Source of the DNA: Gammaproteobacteria bacterium
Lineage (GTDB): Bacteria; Pseudomonadota; Gammaproteobacteria; Eutrophobiales; Eutrophobiaceae
Direction of reading: 5' to 3'
Length of the DNA: 64,000 bases
Assembly (NCBI GenBank): GCA_003250975.1
Contig: QKIY01000028.1
Span: forward strand, 283,039-347,038
The translations under genes were made by a program, and so were the position numbers. This document shows positions 1 through 10,272 of the stretch, piece by piece (position 1 is the stretch's first letter; every line of letters begins with the position of its first letter). The notes under the pieces were generated by a model, which saw only the letters and a list, made by a program, of their open reading frames with translations, did not search any database and was not told where the DNA came from.

Positions 1-454
1 AGCGGAGATGCATGACGCGGTCATGCGCGAGATCGAAGATGCAGAGATCTTTATCGCCGCTGCTGCCGTTGCCGATTACCGTTGCAGCCAGGCCGCCATC
101 CAAAAGATAAAAAAAGACAATGATGAATTGACGCTACTCCTGGAAAAAAACCCTGATATCTTGGCCGCAGTAGCGGCTCGCAAACTGCCTCCCTTTACAG
201 TAGGGTTCGCAGCCGAAACTGAAAACCTGCTTAATTACGCGCAGCAGAAGTTGTTCAACAAAAAGCTGGACATGATTGCAGCCAATCAGGTGGGGATGAA
301 CCAGGGGTTCGATACCGAGGACAATGAACTGCAGGTTATTTGGTCGGGTGGCAGTATCAAGCTGGAGCGGGCGCCCAAGGACAGGCTGGCCCGTCAGCTG
401 ATCCGCCTTATTGCCGACCGCTATCATGAAAAAAATACAACTCAAACTCATTGA
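1..454 (+). CDS. coaBC: Bifunctional phosphopantothenoylcysteine decarboxylase/synthetase, C-terminal part (begins upstream of window)
   Basis: AAAVADY, NPDIL, VGFAAET and KKLDMIAAN motifs; directly upstream of dut. Confidence 0.95.
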   Translation, partial: AEMHDAVMREIEDAEIFIAAAAVADYRCSQAAIQKIKKDNDELTLLLEKNPDILAAVAARKLPPFTVGFAAETENLLNYAQQKLFNKKLDMIAANQVGMNQGFDTEDNELQVIWSGGSIKLERAPKDRLARQLIRLIADRYHEKNTTQTH

Positions 455-878
455 TCAACGTCTAGGTCGGGACTTCCCCTTGCCCGAGTACTCCACGGCA
501 GGTTCTGCAGGCATGGACATCCGTGCCTGTATCGATGACCCCTTGACACTCAGGCCTGGCGAAAACCAGCTTCTGCCAGCTGGGTTTGCGCTGCATCTGG
601 ATGACCCGGCAATGGCCGCGGTGTTATTGCCCCGCTCAGGCCTGGGTCACAAGCATGGCATTGTGCTGGGCAATCTCGTTGGCCTGATAGACTCTGATTA
701 TCAGGGCCAGGTTTATGTCTCCTGCTGGAACAGGGGCACGGAGAATTTTACGATCAACCCGGGCGATCGGGTCGCACAAATGGTAATTGTGCCGGTTATC
801 CAGGCACAATTTGAAATGGTGAATGAATTTACCGATACCGCCAGGGGCAGTGGTGGATTCGGGCATACCGGGATATAG
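426..878 (+). CDS. dut: dUTP diphosphatase
   Basis: [21 protein letters not shown] and [10 protein letters not shown] motifs; start set at ATG 426 (MKKIQLK). Confidence 0.97.
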   Translation: MKKIQLKLIDQRLGRDFPLPEYSTAGSAGMDIRACIDDPLTLRPGENQLLPAGFALHLDDPAMAAVLLPRSGLGHKHGIVLGNLVGLIDSDYQGQVYVSCWNRGTENFTINPGDRVAQMVIVPVIQAQFEMVNEFTDTARGSGGFGHTGI

Positions 879-904
879 CGGTCGTGTAGACCGGAGGAGC
901 GAAT

Positions 905-3547
905 ATGAAAGCAGGGGCAACGGGCACACGGCATCATTGGCTGAGCCTGGTCCTTATCAGTTTGATTGCCGTACTGTCGTTGGCGGGGCTGTCACATGTA
1001 CATGCCGATGAAGCGGATAGCCAGGTAGCGGACAAGCTTGCCAAGGCAGTTGGCGACAGGCTGTCACAGGCCGTGCAGGAACTGAAAGCACTGGCATCAG
1101 ATTCATCGACCATTGCAGTATTCAAGAAAAAGGATCCTGCCGCCCTCCAGGCCACTGCTGCAGATGCCGTGCAGAAAATCACCTCTGCACTGAAGCTCAG
1201 GTTTTTCCTGCCCGGAAGGTACAAGCTTGATCGGGACAGCAAGCCACCTTTGGGCTATGCCTCCCTGGACCTGTTAAAGCAGGCCGAACAATCTCCAGAA
1301 AGGATCGAAGCTGAATTATTAAACCCCGGCGAGGAACAGGAACATATCGTCTTGGTCGAGAGGGTCATGGAAGGTGAGAAACTACTTGGCCTGATCCATC
1401 TGAGCCTGGACGCGACGTCATTCAAGGAATTGCCCAAAGACCAGGTCGGCGGGGGATATGCCGAACTGGTCCAGGTGTTTGGCACCAACACAATCCTGAT
1501 GGGCAAGGCAGGCAATGTCGGCAAACGGCAGGGCGAGGCCGTCAGAAGTAGGATAGCGGGTGCCCATTGGCGTATCGATTACTGGCCCCAAGCCATGGCC
1601 TCTGATACCCGTACGCTTGCTGATGATTTGGACATTAACGCCCTCTTGTCCCGCTATACTCCCTCTCCCACTGTGCTGGCCGGTGCCGGTGCCGGTGCCG
1701 GGGTTGTGTTACTCCTGTTACTGCTACTGTTGAGGAAAAGAAGGCGCGCTGCCAAGGCCGGACAAGGTGACGAGAATGAAAAGGTCGTATATGCCGGTTC
1801 GGTGAAGGCCATCATGGAGGGTAAACACCCCGGTACAGAAAAACTGGTGCCCGATCTACCGCAAATGGGTCAGACATCAGAGGTTAAGCCGCTGTCTCAG
1901 GGCATGAGCAGCGAGGAAGCGGATGATATCACCGAGATATCGATTCCCAAGAAAAAACCGGCAAAGTTGGCGCCGACAAATGTAAAGGCAGAGGATACGG
2001 CGCCCCCCGCTAAGGCAAAGCCCGAGATCGCGGCTGACCCGGCACCTGCCAGTAAGAAGGCGGAGGCCGGGACCCCTCCTGTCCCGGACGTTGCCGAGGC
2101 CAAAACCGGAGCAGCAGCCAAGCCAACGGAAGAACTTGCCGGGGAAGGTACGGCCAGCAGTGAGAAGGTGGAGCTGTCACCCACGATCTTCCGGGCCTAT
2201 GACATCCGCGGCGTGGTTGGCAAGACACTGACCCCGGAGATCGTTTCTTTGATCGGCAAGGCCATCGGGACAGAGGCCGGCGCTATGGGGCAACATACGA
2301 TAGCTGTGGGACGGGATGGACGGGTGTCCAGCCCTAACTTCGCACGGGCCCTGATCAAGGGGCTGCGTGAGAGTGGCCGAGATGTTTGCGATATCGGCAT
2401 GGTGCCTACCCCTCTGCTGTATTTTGCTACCCATTACCTTGAGACCCAGAGTGGTGTCATGTTGACGGGAAGTCATAACGGGCCCGAATACAATGGCTTG
2501 AAGATTATGCTTGGAGGTATGACACTGTCAGGCGATGCTATTCAGTCGATCCGGCAGCGGGCTGAATCCGGAGAAGTGAGCAGTGGCGATGGCAGTATCG
2601 AGAGCCGGGATATCATTGCGGATTATATCCGCCGTGCTACCGAAGACGTCTATGTAGCGCTGGGCGGCGGCTTTAAACTGGTGGTGGACTGCGGTAACGG
2701 GGTGGCCGGCATCATTGCACCGCAACTCTACCGGGCGCTCGGTCATGATGTGATCGAGTTATTTTGTGATGTGGATGGCACCTTTCCAAATCATCACCCT
2801 GATCCCAGTCAGCCGGAGAACCTCAAGGCGCTGATCGCCAAGGTCAGGGAGACCCAGGCGGATCTCGGCTTAGCCTTTGACGGCGACGGTGATCGTCTCG
2901 GGGTCGTCGATGGTGAAGGCAATATCATCTGGCCCGACAGGCAAATGATGTTATTTGCAAGAGATGTTCTGAGCCGAAACCAAGGCTCGCCCATCATCTT
3001 TGATGTGAAATGTAGCCGTCACCTGAAAACGGTTATTGAAGAGGCCGGCGGTAAGCCGCTGATGTGGAAGACTGGTCACTCATTAATCAAGAGCAAGATG
3101 AAAGAGGTCGATGCACCGCTTGCCGGTGAGATGAGTGGCCATATCTTTTTCTCCGAGCGCTGGTATGGTTTTGACGACGCCCTTTATTCGGGTGTCAGGA
3201 TGCTGGAGATATTGACCAATAGTCTGGGAACGCCCACGGAGGTCTTTGCCAAACTGCCCGAAAGTTGCGCTACACCCGAGCTACGGATTTCCCTTTCGGA
3301 AAAACACCACGCTAATTTTATGGAGATGATGCGCGAGAAGATGGCGTTTGATAACGCCGAGATTACCGACATTGATGGCCTACGCGTGGATTTCCCGTAT
3401 GGCTGGGGATTGGTGCGCCCCTCCAATACTTCACCTTTCCTTATCGCCCGGTTCGAAGCCGACGATGAAGCAAGCCTGGATAAGATAAAATCGGAATTCA
3501 GGGAACTACTTCGAAAAGTCATTCCCAATATGAAATTACCATTTTGA
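905..3547 (+). CDS. algC: Phosphomannomutase/phosphoglucomutase, long membrane-anchored form
   Basis: Catalytic part from ~2186 (IFRAYDIRG, TGSHN, DGDGDR, GEMSGH); preceded by an N-terminal hydrophobic segment, a periplasmic-type domain, a TM helix and a P/A/K-rich linker; dut-algC-argB synteny. Confidence 0.93.
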   Translation: MKAGATGTRHHWLSLVLISLIAVLSLAGLSHVHADEADSQVADKLAKAVGDRLSQAVQELKALASDSSTIAVFKKKDPAALQATAADAVQKITSALKLRFFLPGRYKLDRDSKPPLGYASLDLLKQAEQSPERIEAELLNPGEEQEHIVLVERVMEGEKLLGLIHLSLDATSFKELPKDQVGGGYAELVQVFGTNTILMGKAGNVGKRQGEAVRSRIAGAHWRIDYWPQAMASDTRTLADDLDINALLSRYTPSPTVLAGAGAGAGVVLLLLLLLLRKRRRAAKAGQGDENEKVVYAGSVKAIMEGKHPGTEKLVPDLPQMGQTSEVKPLSQGMSSEEADDITEISIPKKKPAKLAPTNVKAEDTAPPAKAKPEIAADPAPASKKAEAGTPPVPDVAEAKTGAAAKPTEELAGEGTASSEKVELSPTIFRAYDIRGVVGKTLTPEIVSLIGKAIGTEAGAMGQHTIAVGRDGRVSSPNFARALIKGLRESGRDVCDIGMVPTPLLYFATHYLETQSGVMLTGSHNGPEYNGLKIMLGGMTLSGDAIQSIRQRAESGEVSSGDGSIESRDIIADYIRRATEDVYVALGGGFKLVVDCGNGVAGIIAPQLYRALGHDVIELFCDVDGTFPNHHPDPSQPENLKALIAKVRETQADLGLAFDGDGDRLGVVDGEGNIIWPDRQMMLFARDVLSRNQGSPIIFDVKCSRHLKTVIEEAGGKPLMWKTGHSLIKSKMKEVDAPLAGEMSGHIFFSERWYGFDDALYSGVRMLEILTNSLGTPTEVFAKLPESCATPELRISLSEKHHANFMEMMREKMAFDNAEITDIDGLRVDFPYGWGLVRPSNTSPFLIARFEADDEASLDKIKSEFRELLRKVIPNMKLPF
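1679..1702 (+). repeat. In-frame hexamer tandem repeat (GCCGGT)3 GCCGGG encoding AGAGAGAG
   Basis: Read directly; lies at the start of the AlgC TM segment. Confidence 0.8.
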
Positions 3548-3612
3548 AATATCTGACACTATACTCAAACCTTCGCCCGGGAATTGTAAAATCGGGTCGG
3601 CAGATTTTTTAA

Positions 3613-4530
<918 letters not shown>

Positions 4531-4540
4531 ATTAAAAGAT

Positions 4541-5134
4541 ATGGCCAGTCATAATCCCAATCGACGACAGCAGATCCTGGAAACTCTGGCGCTGCAACTT
4601 GAAAGTAATCCCGGCTCCCGGATTACTACGGCAGGGCTTGCCAGCGCAGTCGGTGTGTCAGAAGCAGCCCTTTACCGTCACTTTGCCAGCAAGGCCAAGA
4701 TGTTCGAGGCCCTGATAGATTTTGCGGAAGAATCAGTATTTGGTCTGATTAATAATATCCTTGCTCAGGACAAGGACGTGGTAACCCGCTGCGACAAGAT
4801 AATGCGTGTCGTGCTGGGGTTTTCCGATAAAAACCCCGGAATCACTCGGATACTACTTGGAGATGCCCTTGTTGGAGAAAACGATCGTTTGCGGGTCCGT
4901 GTTAACCGGTTTTTTCAACGGCTGGAAACCCAGTTCAAGCAAATCCTGCGGGAGGCTAACCTGGGTCATGGGATGCGTGCTACCGCTACGATCGATGCAA
5001 CGGCGAACCAGTTGCTTATCCTGCTGGAAGGAAAGATGGGTGCCTATGTAAGGAGTGAATTTGCAATCAATCCTACCGATTACTGGCAGGACCAGTGGGA
5101 ATTGTTACAGAAGAGCCTGTTTAAACAGGGCTAA
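4541..5134 (+). CDS. slmA: Nucleoid occlusion factor (TetR family)
   Basis: ITTAGLASAVGVSEAALYRHFASKAKMFE HTH; NPGITRILLGDAL; start set at ATG 4541. Confidence 0.92.
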   Translation: MASHNPNRRQQILETLALQLESNPGSRITTAGLASAVGVSEAALYRHFASKAKMFEALIDFAEESVFGLINNILAQDKDVVTRCDKIMRVVLGFSDKNPGITRILLGDALVGENDRLRVRVNRFFQRLETQFKQILREANLGHGMRATATIDATANQLLILLEGKMGAYVRSEFAINPTDYWQDQWELLQKSLFKQG

Positions 5135-5138
5135 AGAA

Positions 5139-5759
5139 TTACCTGCGCAGTAAACGGATTTCCTTGAATCGCTCAATATCCTTTTTGTACTGATCTCTGA
5201 CTTCTTTCTGTTCCTTACGCTTGTCAGCAATAAACTTGTTGTTTGCCTCAATATGTTTATCAATTGAAGCAATATCATTGACCAGTTCCTTGGACGGTTC
5301 ATTGCCGGCTCGTTCTCTGGCCGCTGCCTTTTTTACCAGGTTGTCCTTATCGGCTTGAAGTTTGGTAATGCGCCTCTCGGCCAGGTTTATTGAGGTTTCA
5401 ATAGCAGCAATTTTACTGTCACGCGCAATTTCTATATCTTCAACCTTGCTGAAGGTATCGAGCAGCATCTTGTCACGTCTTGCCTGTTCTTCCTCTTGCC
5501 GCCTTTTCTCGGCTTTTTCTATGGCGAGCCGTTTAAGTTCCACGAGCTCCTCGTCTGTCTTTGCGGCCTCGGTTTCATCGATCACCGTGCCTTGCGGGCT
5601 GATTTCCTTGTGCCCCTCCTGTGCATATTCCGGTGGTAGCCTGTCACCACATTCCTTGATGCCATCTTTGTTAGTCCAGCAGACAATACGTGCCTGTACC
5701 GGGGTTATGGCAAGAAGCGTCAACATCAGGGAGACTAAGAAAATACATCGTTTCTTCAT
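5139..5759 (-). CDS. Secreted coiled-coil protein, DUF4124-like N-terminus
   Basis: Signal peptide, WTNKDG...GDRLPPE motif, long charged helix. Confidence 0.7.
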   Translation of the reverse strand: MKKRCIFLVSLMLTLLAITPVQARIVCWTNKDGIKECGDRLPPEYAQEGHKEISPQGTVIDETEAAKTDEELVELKRLAIEKAEKRRQEEEQARRDKMLLDTFSKVEDIEIARDSKIAAIETSINLAERRITKLQADKDNLVKKAAARERAGNEPSKELVNDIASIDKHIEANNKFIADKRKEQKEVRDQYKKDIERFKEIRLLRR

Positions 5760-5807
5760 GAAGATTCCCTAAGATTGTTTCGATAACTGGTAAATGCGGT
5801 TTATATA

Positions 5808-6452
5808 TCAGGATATACCATATTCTTTGCGATATTGCCTGATTTTGGTGATCTTTTCATCAGAACCCGGCATGGAAGCAAGGAACTCCACCATATCTTC
5901 CAGGGTTATGATACTTATGACCCGAATGCCATGGCGTTGTTCAACTTCCTGCACGGCTGAAAGCGGACCTGTACCACGTTCCTGGCGGTCCATGGCAACG
6001 GCGGCGGCGATGGGTTCGGCGCCCGCCGCTTTAATTATATCTACAGAGAGATTGATAGATGTACCGGCAGAGATAACATCATCAATGATCAGTACCCTAC
6101 CCTGCAGGTTTGCCCCGAACACAATACCCCCCTCGCCATGATCCTTGATCTCCTTGCGGTTGAAACAAAAAGGTACGGATCGATCAAAGTGGTTGGCAAG
6201 TGCAATGGCTACGGCGGTCGCCAGAGGTATCCCCTTGTAGGCCGGCCCAAATAACATATCGTACTCAATCCCGGACGCTTCTATAGCGCAGGCATAGTAA
6301 TAACCCAGCTGGGAAAGACTGTCACCATTATTAAACAGGCCGCTGTTGAAAAAATAAGGACTGTTCCGACCCGATTTAAGGGTGAATTCGCCAAAGCGCA
6401 AAACCCCGTTTTCTAGGGCAAACTGAATGAAATCAACCTGGTAATCTTTCAT
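5808..6452 (-). CDS. pyrE: Orotate phosphoribosyltransferase
   Basis: FTLKSGRNSPYFFN, FGPAYKGIP and IIDDVISAGT motifs; start set at MKDYQ. Confidence 0.97.
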   Translation of the reverse strand: MKDYQVDFIQFALENGVLRFGEFTLKSGRNSPYFFNSGLFNNGDSLSQLGYYYACAIEASGIEYDMLFGPAYKGIPLATAVAIALANHFDRSVPFCFNRKEIKDHGEGGIVFGANLQGRVLIIDDVISAGTSINLSVDIIKAAGAEPIAAAVAMDRQERGTGPLSAVQEVEQRHGIRVISIITLEDMVEFLASMPGSDEKITKIRQYRKEYGIS

Positions 6453-6537
6453 CGCAGTATTGATAGTCACAAAAATATCCTGTGATATCATACCCCACTT
6501 TTAATTTTATAGTGATAAGCTCACGCATAATTATTCA

Positions 6538-7311
6538 ATGAAAATTATCAGTTTTAATGCCAACGGTATACGCTCGGCGCAACGGAAAGGTTTTTTTAAA
6601 TGGATGAAAAAACAAAAGGCCGAAGTAGTTTGTATACAGGAGACAAAGGCACAGACTCATCAGCTTGACAGGGAAGTGCTATCTCCATCAGGTTATCATG
6701 GATTTTTCAGTGATGCCGAAAAGAAAGGATATAGTGGTGTTGCCCTGTATACATCCAGACAGCCTGATCGAGTTATAGACTCCCTGGGTTGGGGTGTGGC
6801 TGATCAAGAAGGGCGTTATCTGCAGGCGGATTTCGGTAAACTAAGCGTGGTTTCCATCTATCTTCCATCAGGTTCATCCAGTGAAGAGAGGCAGGCCATA
6901 AAATTTGATTTTCTTGATCGCCTGATGCCATTCTTGAAAAAAATACGGCGGCAGAAACGCCATTATATACTCTGTGGTGACTGGAACATCGCGCACAAGG
7001 AGATCGATCTGAAAAACTGGCGTGGCAATATGAAGAATTCAGGCTTTCTCCCGGAAGAGCGCGCCTGGCTTGATGAACTGTTTTACAGAGTGGGGATGAT
7101 AGATGCCTTCAGGGAAGTAAACCAGGAAAAGGATCAGTACACGTGGTGGTCGAACAGGGGTCAGGCATGGGCAAAGAACGTAGGATGGCGAATTGATTAT
7201 CAGATAATCTCGCCTTCTATCAGGAACAAGGTAATGAGCGCTGAAATCTACAAGAAAGAACGGTTTTCAGACCATGCACCGCTGGTCATGGAATATGAAC
7301 TTTCTCTTTAA
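6538..7311 (+). CDS. Exodeoxyribonuclease III-family AP endonuclease at the crc position
   Basis: NANGIRS, QETK, GYSGV, GDWNIAH, WRIDY and SDHAP motifs; divergent from pyrE. Confidence 0.92.
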   Translation: MKIISFNANGIRSAQRKGFFKWMKKQKAEVVCIQETKAQTHQLDREVLSPSGYHGFFSDAEKKGYSGVALYTSRQPDRVIDSLGWGVADQEGRYLQADFGKLSVVSIYLPSGSSSEERQAIKFDFLDRLMPFLKKIRRQKRHYILCGDWNIAHKEIDLKNWRGNMKNSGFLPEERAWLDELFYRVGMIDAFREVNQEKDQYTWWSNRGQAWAKNVGWRIDYQIISPSIRNKVMSAEIYKKERFSDHAPLVMEYELSL

Positions 7312-7322
7312 TACCCGCCCTG

Positions 7323-7769
7323 TTATTCGGTGAAGAATTGTTGCTGGAATGAAAGGTTATATGTGGTGTCAGCCCCTTCCGGTGTAATATCAAGGGAAAA
7401 CTTCAGCACCTCTTCATTATTAATGGGTGTTTCGGCGATGTAATAGATGGCATTATTTTCAGAAATCTCTTTTAGATTTAACTCCCGGAGTTGTTCGCTG
7501 AGATTTTTTACCGTGCCGGAAATGTTTGCCTTGACGGGATCCCCGATGAGTGTGTTATCGCCTTCATTTTTGATTACCGATATATTGATGAGGGCACGAT
7601 TTTTACTGCGTGTGATATTGTAAAGTCCCGCAACGGACGGAGTGAGATTGTCGGTTCTGAGAGCATTATAGTGCACCGTATAATTGCCAAAGGCCTTTGA
7701 CTGTTCGGCAGCGGCAAAAGGGCTGGCTACAAGCAAAAGGACCGCTGTCAAGTATACTGCCTTGCTCAT
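7323..7769 (-). CDS. DUF4426-like periplasmic protein
   Basis: Signal peptide; VHYNA..LTPSVA..YNITRS..AIYYIA pattern; downstream of yggT; start set at MSKAV after GGGAGG. Confidence 0.8.
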   Translation of the reverse strand: MSKAVYLTAVLLLVASPFAAAEQSKAFGNYTVHYNALRTDNLTPSVAGLYNITRSKNRALINISVIKNEGDNTLIGDPVKANISGTVKNLSEQLRELNLKEISENNAIYYIAETPINNEEVLKFSLDITPEGADTTYNLSFQQQFFTE

Positions 7770-7920
7770 TATGATTGCCTCCCTCTGGTTTCCCTCCTTA
7801 TGATCATAACAGACAATTACCAACCATAAAGTTCCTTATTGAAAACGTGAATGCAGCGGGGCTGATGCATTGCAATATCCTGACCGTTGTCTGGTTTTGT
7901 CAACCCGGATGAGTTGTTTC

Positions 7921-8523
7921 CTATAATAGTCGTACCCTATATCCTGCAAGCACGTTGCCATAGTCCTGCAAAGGGGCGATGACAAGCATCAGGATCAAGT
8001 TAAGGGCAATCAGAGCGATAAAGGGTGACCAGTCGAGCCCGCCTGCCGGTGGGATGGCGCGCCGTATCGGCCGTAGCAGCGGCAGGGTTAATTGATACAT
8101 AAGGACAGTTACCGGTGAGTAGGCGCCCGGATTAACCCAGCTGATTATGGCCTGCAGGATTATGATGACGATATAAATCCAGATAACAAGCTTCAACAGG
8201 TGAGCCAGGGTCAGTATCAGGTGACCGGCAGGCGCTGGAAGATTGCCGGTCTTGATCAGGGCTATGAGTCCCAGCTCTATTCCCTTCAGTAATAGCAAGA
8301 GGAGTATGGATGGCCAATCGATACCGCCATATCCAGGTATCCAGCGGCGAAAATACCTCAAGGTCGGATTCGTAATCCTGATCAGGAACTGGGAGATTGG
8401 ATTGGCAAAGTCGGCGCGCACGGTTTGTAGAAGAAAGCGCAACATAACCGCCAGCAGGTATAACTCAAAGATCAGGGTGATCATATATATCCCGGCGTTG
8501 GCCAGGTAGGAGCCTGCATTCAA
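7921..8523 (-). CDS. yggT: YggT family membrane protein
   Basis: Two YGGT repeats (RADFANPISQF..T.P; GGLDWSP); proC-yggT synteny. Confidence 0.92.
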   Translation of the reverse strand: MNAGSYLANAGIYMITLIFELYLLAVMLRFLLQTVRADFANPISQFLIRITNPTLRYFRRWIPGYGGIDWPSILLLLLLKGIELGLIALIKTGNLPAPAGHLILTLAHLLKLVIWIYIVIIILQAIISWVNPGAYSPVTVLMYQLTLPLLRPIRRAIPPAGGLDWSPFIALIALNLILMLVIAPLQDYGNVLAGYRVRLL

Positions 8524-9350
8524 TGCGGTTCTCCCAGGGTCCTGGCAAGTTCACGGGAGCGTTCGGCGGCGGCCTCAATGGCCAGGCGAATGATTTCTTC
8601 CAGCCGATGTTCCTGCATGACTGCCAGTGCCTTTTCAGTCGTTCCTCCGGGGGAAGTAACCTGTTTGCGCAGCTCTTGCGGATCAAGATCACTTTCCAGT
8701 GCCATTTTCGCCGCGCCGAGCGCGGTCTGCAGCACCAAGTTGCGTGATTGCTCCTCCGTGAGACCCAGTTCAATGCCGGTCTTTTCCATGATCTCCATGA
8801 AATAGAAGAAATATGCCGGTCCGCTGCCTGATAATGCAGTCACACAGTCTAGCAGTGCTTCATTCTCCACCCAAATCGTCATGCCTACTGCCCGTAGGAT
8901 CGACTCGGCCAGGGTCCGCTGGTGTTCCTCAACCCGCGAATTGGCGAACAGACCGGCTGCGCCGCTACGCAATAATGAAGGTGTGTTCGGCATGGCTCTC
9001 ACGATCGCGGGTTCAAAGCCGCTCCAGCGGCTGATTGCGGCAGTTTCTATACCGGCCGCTACCGAAATAACGAGGGGTTGTCTTTTGGCCAGCATCGTCG
9101 CCAGTGCAGTAACTGTTTGTTGCATTGACTGGGGTTTTACCGCCAGTATCACGACATCAGCGTCTTTCAGTCCCTGTCCGGCATCGGCAATGGCCTCTAC
9201 CCCGAACCGTTCTGAGACAAGCTGTCTTTGTGATTCACTCAGGTCAACAGCACAGACATTCTTTTCAGGAAAACCGTTGGCCAACAGGCCGCCTATTAGA
9301 CTGCAACCCAAATTTCCACACCCAATGAAGCATAATTTTATATTTTCCAT
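8520..9350 (-). CDS. proC: Pyrroline-5-carboxylate reductase
   Basis: FIGCGNLG, RAMPNTP, SGSGPAY and VTSPGGTT motifs. Confidence 0.97.
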   Translation of the reverse strand: MENIKLCFIGCGNLGCSLIGGLLANGFPEKNVCAVDLSESQRQLVSERFGVEAIADAGQGLKDADVVILAVKPQSMQQTVTALATMLAKRQPLVISVAAGIETAAISRWSGFEPAIVRAMPNTPSLLRSGAAGLFANSRVEEHQRTLAESILRAVGMTIWVENEALLDCVTALSGSGPAYFFYFMEIMEKTGIELGLTEEQSRNLVLQTALGAAKMALESDLDPQELRKQVTSPGGTTEKALAVMQEHRLEEIIRLAIEAAAERSRELARTLGEPH

Positions 9351-9413
9351 GCTGACTTTCCGATTCGCTGTGCAATTGATCGCAGTGTATCAACTCGTCG
9401 AAGTGAATGCATA

Positions 9414-10097
9414 TCAGCTGCGTTCGCCGAATATTGCCGTCCCTACCCGGACAAAGGTCGCGCCTTCGGCTATGGCCGCCTCCATATCCTGGGTGGTTCC
9501 AATTGACAAGGTGTCGAACCCAGAGAGTTTGGCGGCATGTTTTGTCAGCAGTTCCCTGACACGGCGAAAGGCATCGCGTTGCTGTTCAAAATCAAGCCCT
9601 GGAGCCGGCAGGGCCATCAAGCCCCTCAGTTTCAGGCGCGGTAATGACATGCATTCATCAATCAGTCCTGCTAATTCTCCGGGGGGCACGCCGGCTTTGG
9701 TTACTTCATGACTGATGTTGACCTGCAGGCAGGTATTGAGTGGTGGCAGGTGTTCCGGCCTCGCATCACTCAGACGTCTGGCGGTCTTGGCACGGTCGAT
9801 ACTGTGGACCCAGTGGAAATGCCCGGCTACCGCGTGTGTCTTGTTGGACTGAACTGGACCGATGAAGTGCCAGATTACCTCCCTGTTTTCCAGTTCACGG
9901 ATCTTTTCCAGAGCCTCCTGCAGGTAATTCTCGCCGAAATCCCGCTGTCCTTGCTTGTATGCCTCGAGGATATCGCTTGTCGGCCGTGTCTTGCTGACTG
10001 CAATCAAGCTCACGGATCCCGGATTCCGGCCGTATTGCCCCTCAAAACGGCTGATCTGCTCCCTGACGCAGCTTAACGATTCTGCGATTGTTTTCAT
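9414..10097 (-). CDS. yggS: PLP homeostasis protein
   Basis: AVSKT, FGENYLQE, WHFIG and VRVGTAIFG motifs. Confidence 0.96.
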   Translation of the reverse strand: MKTIAESLSCVREQISRFEGQYGRNPGSVSLIAVSKTRPTSDILEAYKQGQRDFGENYLQEALEKIRELENREVIWHFIGPVQSNKTHAVAGHFHWVHSIDRAKTARRLSDARPEHLPPLNTCLQVNISHEVTKAGVPPGELAGLIDECMSLPRLKLRGLMALPAPGLDFEQQRDAFRRVRELLTKHAAKLSGFDTLSIGTTQDMEAAIAEGATFVRVGTAIFGERS

Positions 10098-10272
10098 GGA
10101 TTAAGAGTAGTCTATACTTCAAAAAATCAGTAAGATTGTGCTGTAACCCTCTATACTGTTAACAAATATCGCCTGATGAGGCAGGGGAGTTACAGGCTTG
10201 GCATCATTGGCGATTATAAGGTTCTTATAATTGCCAGACCATCTTTGACTGGCTGACCGACTGGAGGAGTAG

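Noticed and set aside
1679-1702. (GCCGGT)n repeat as a phase-variation switch
   Set aside because: The 6-bp unit keeps the frame and there are only about four copies; it encodes a Gly-Ala stretch
8881-9711. 276-aa plus-strand ORF, and other long antisense ORFs (e.g. 18537-19115, 57201-57851, 62848-63534)
   Set aside because: Shadows of well-supported genes on the opposite strand; no recognisable motifs
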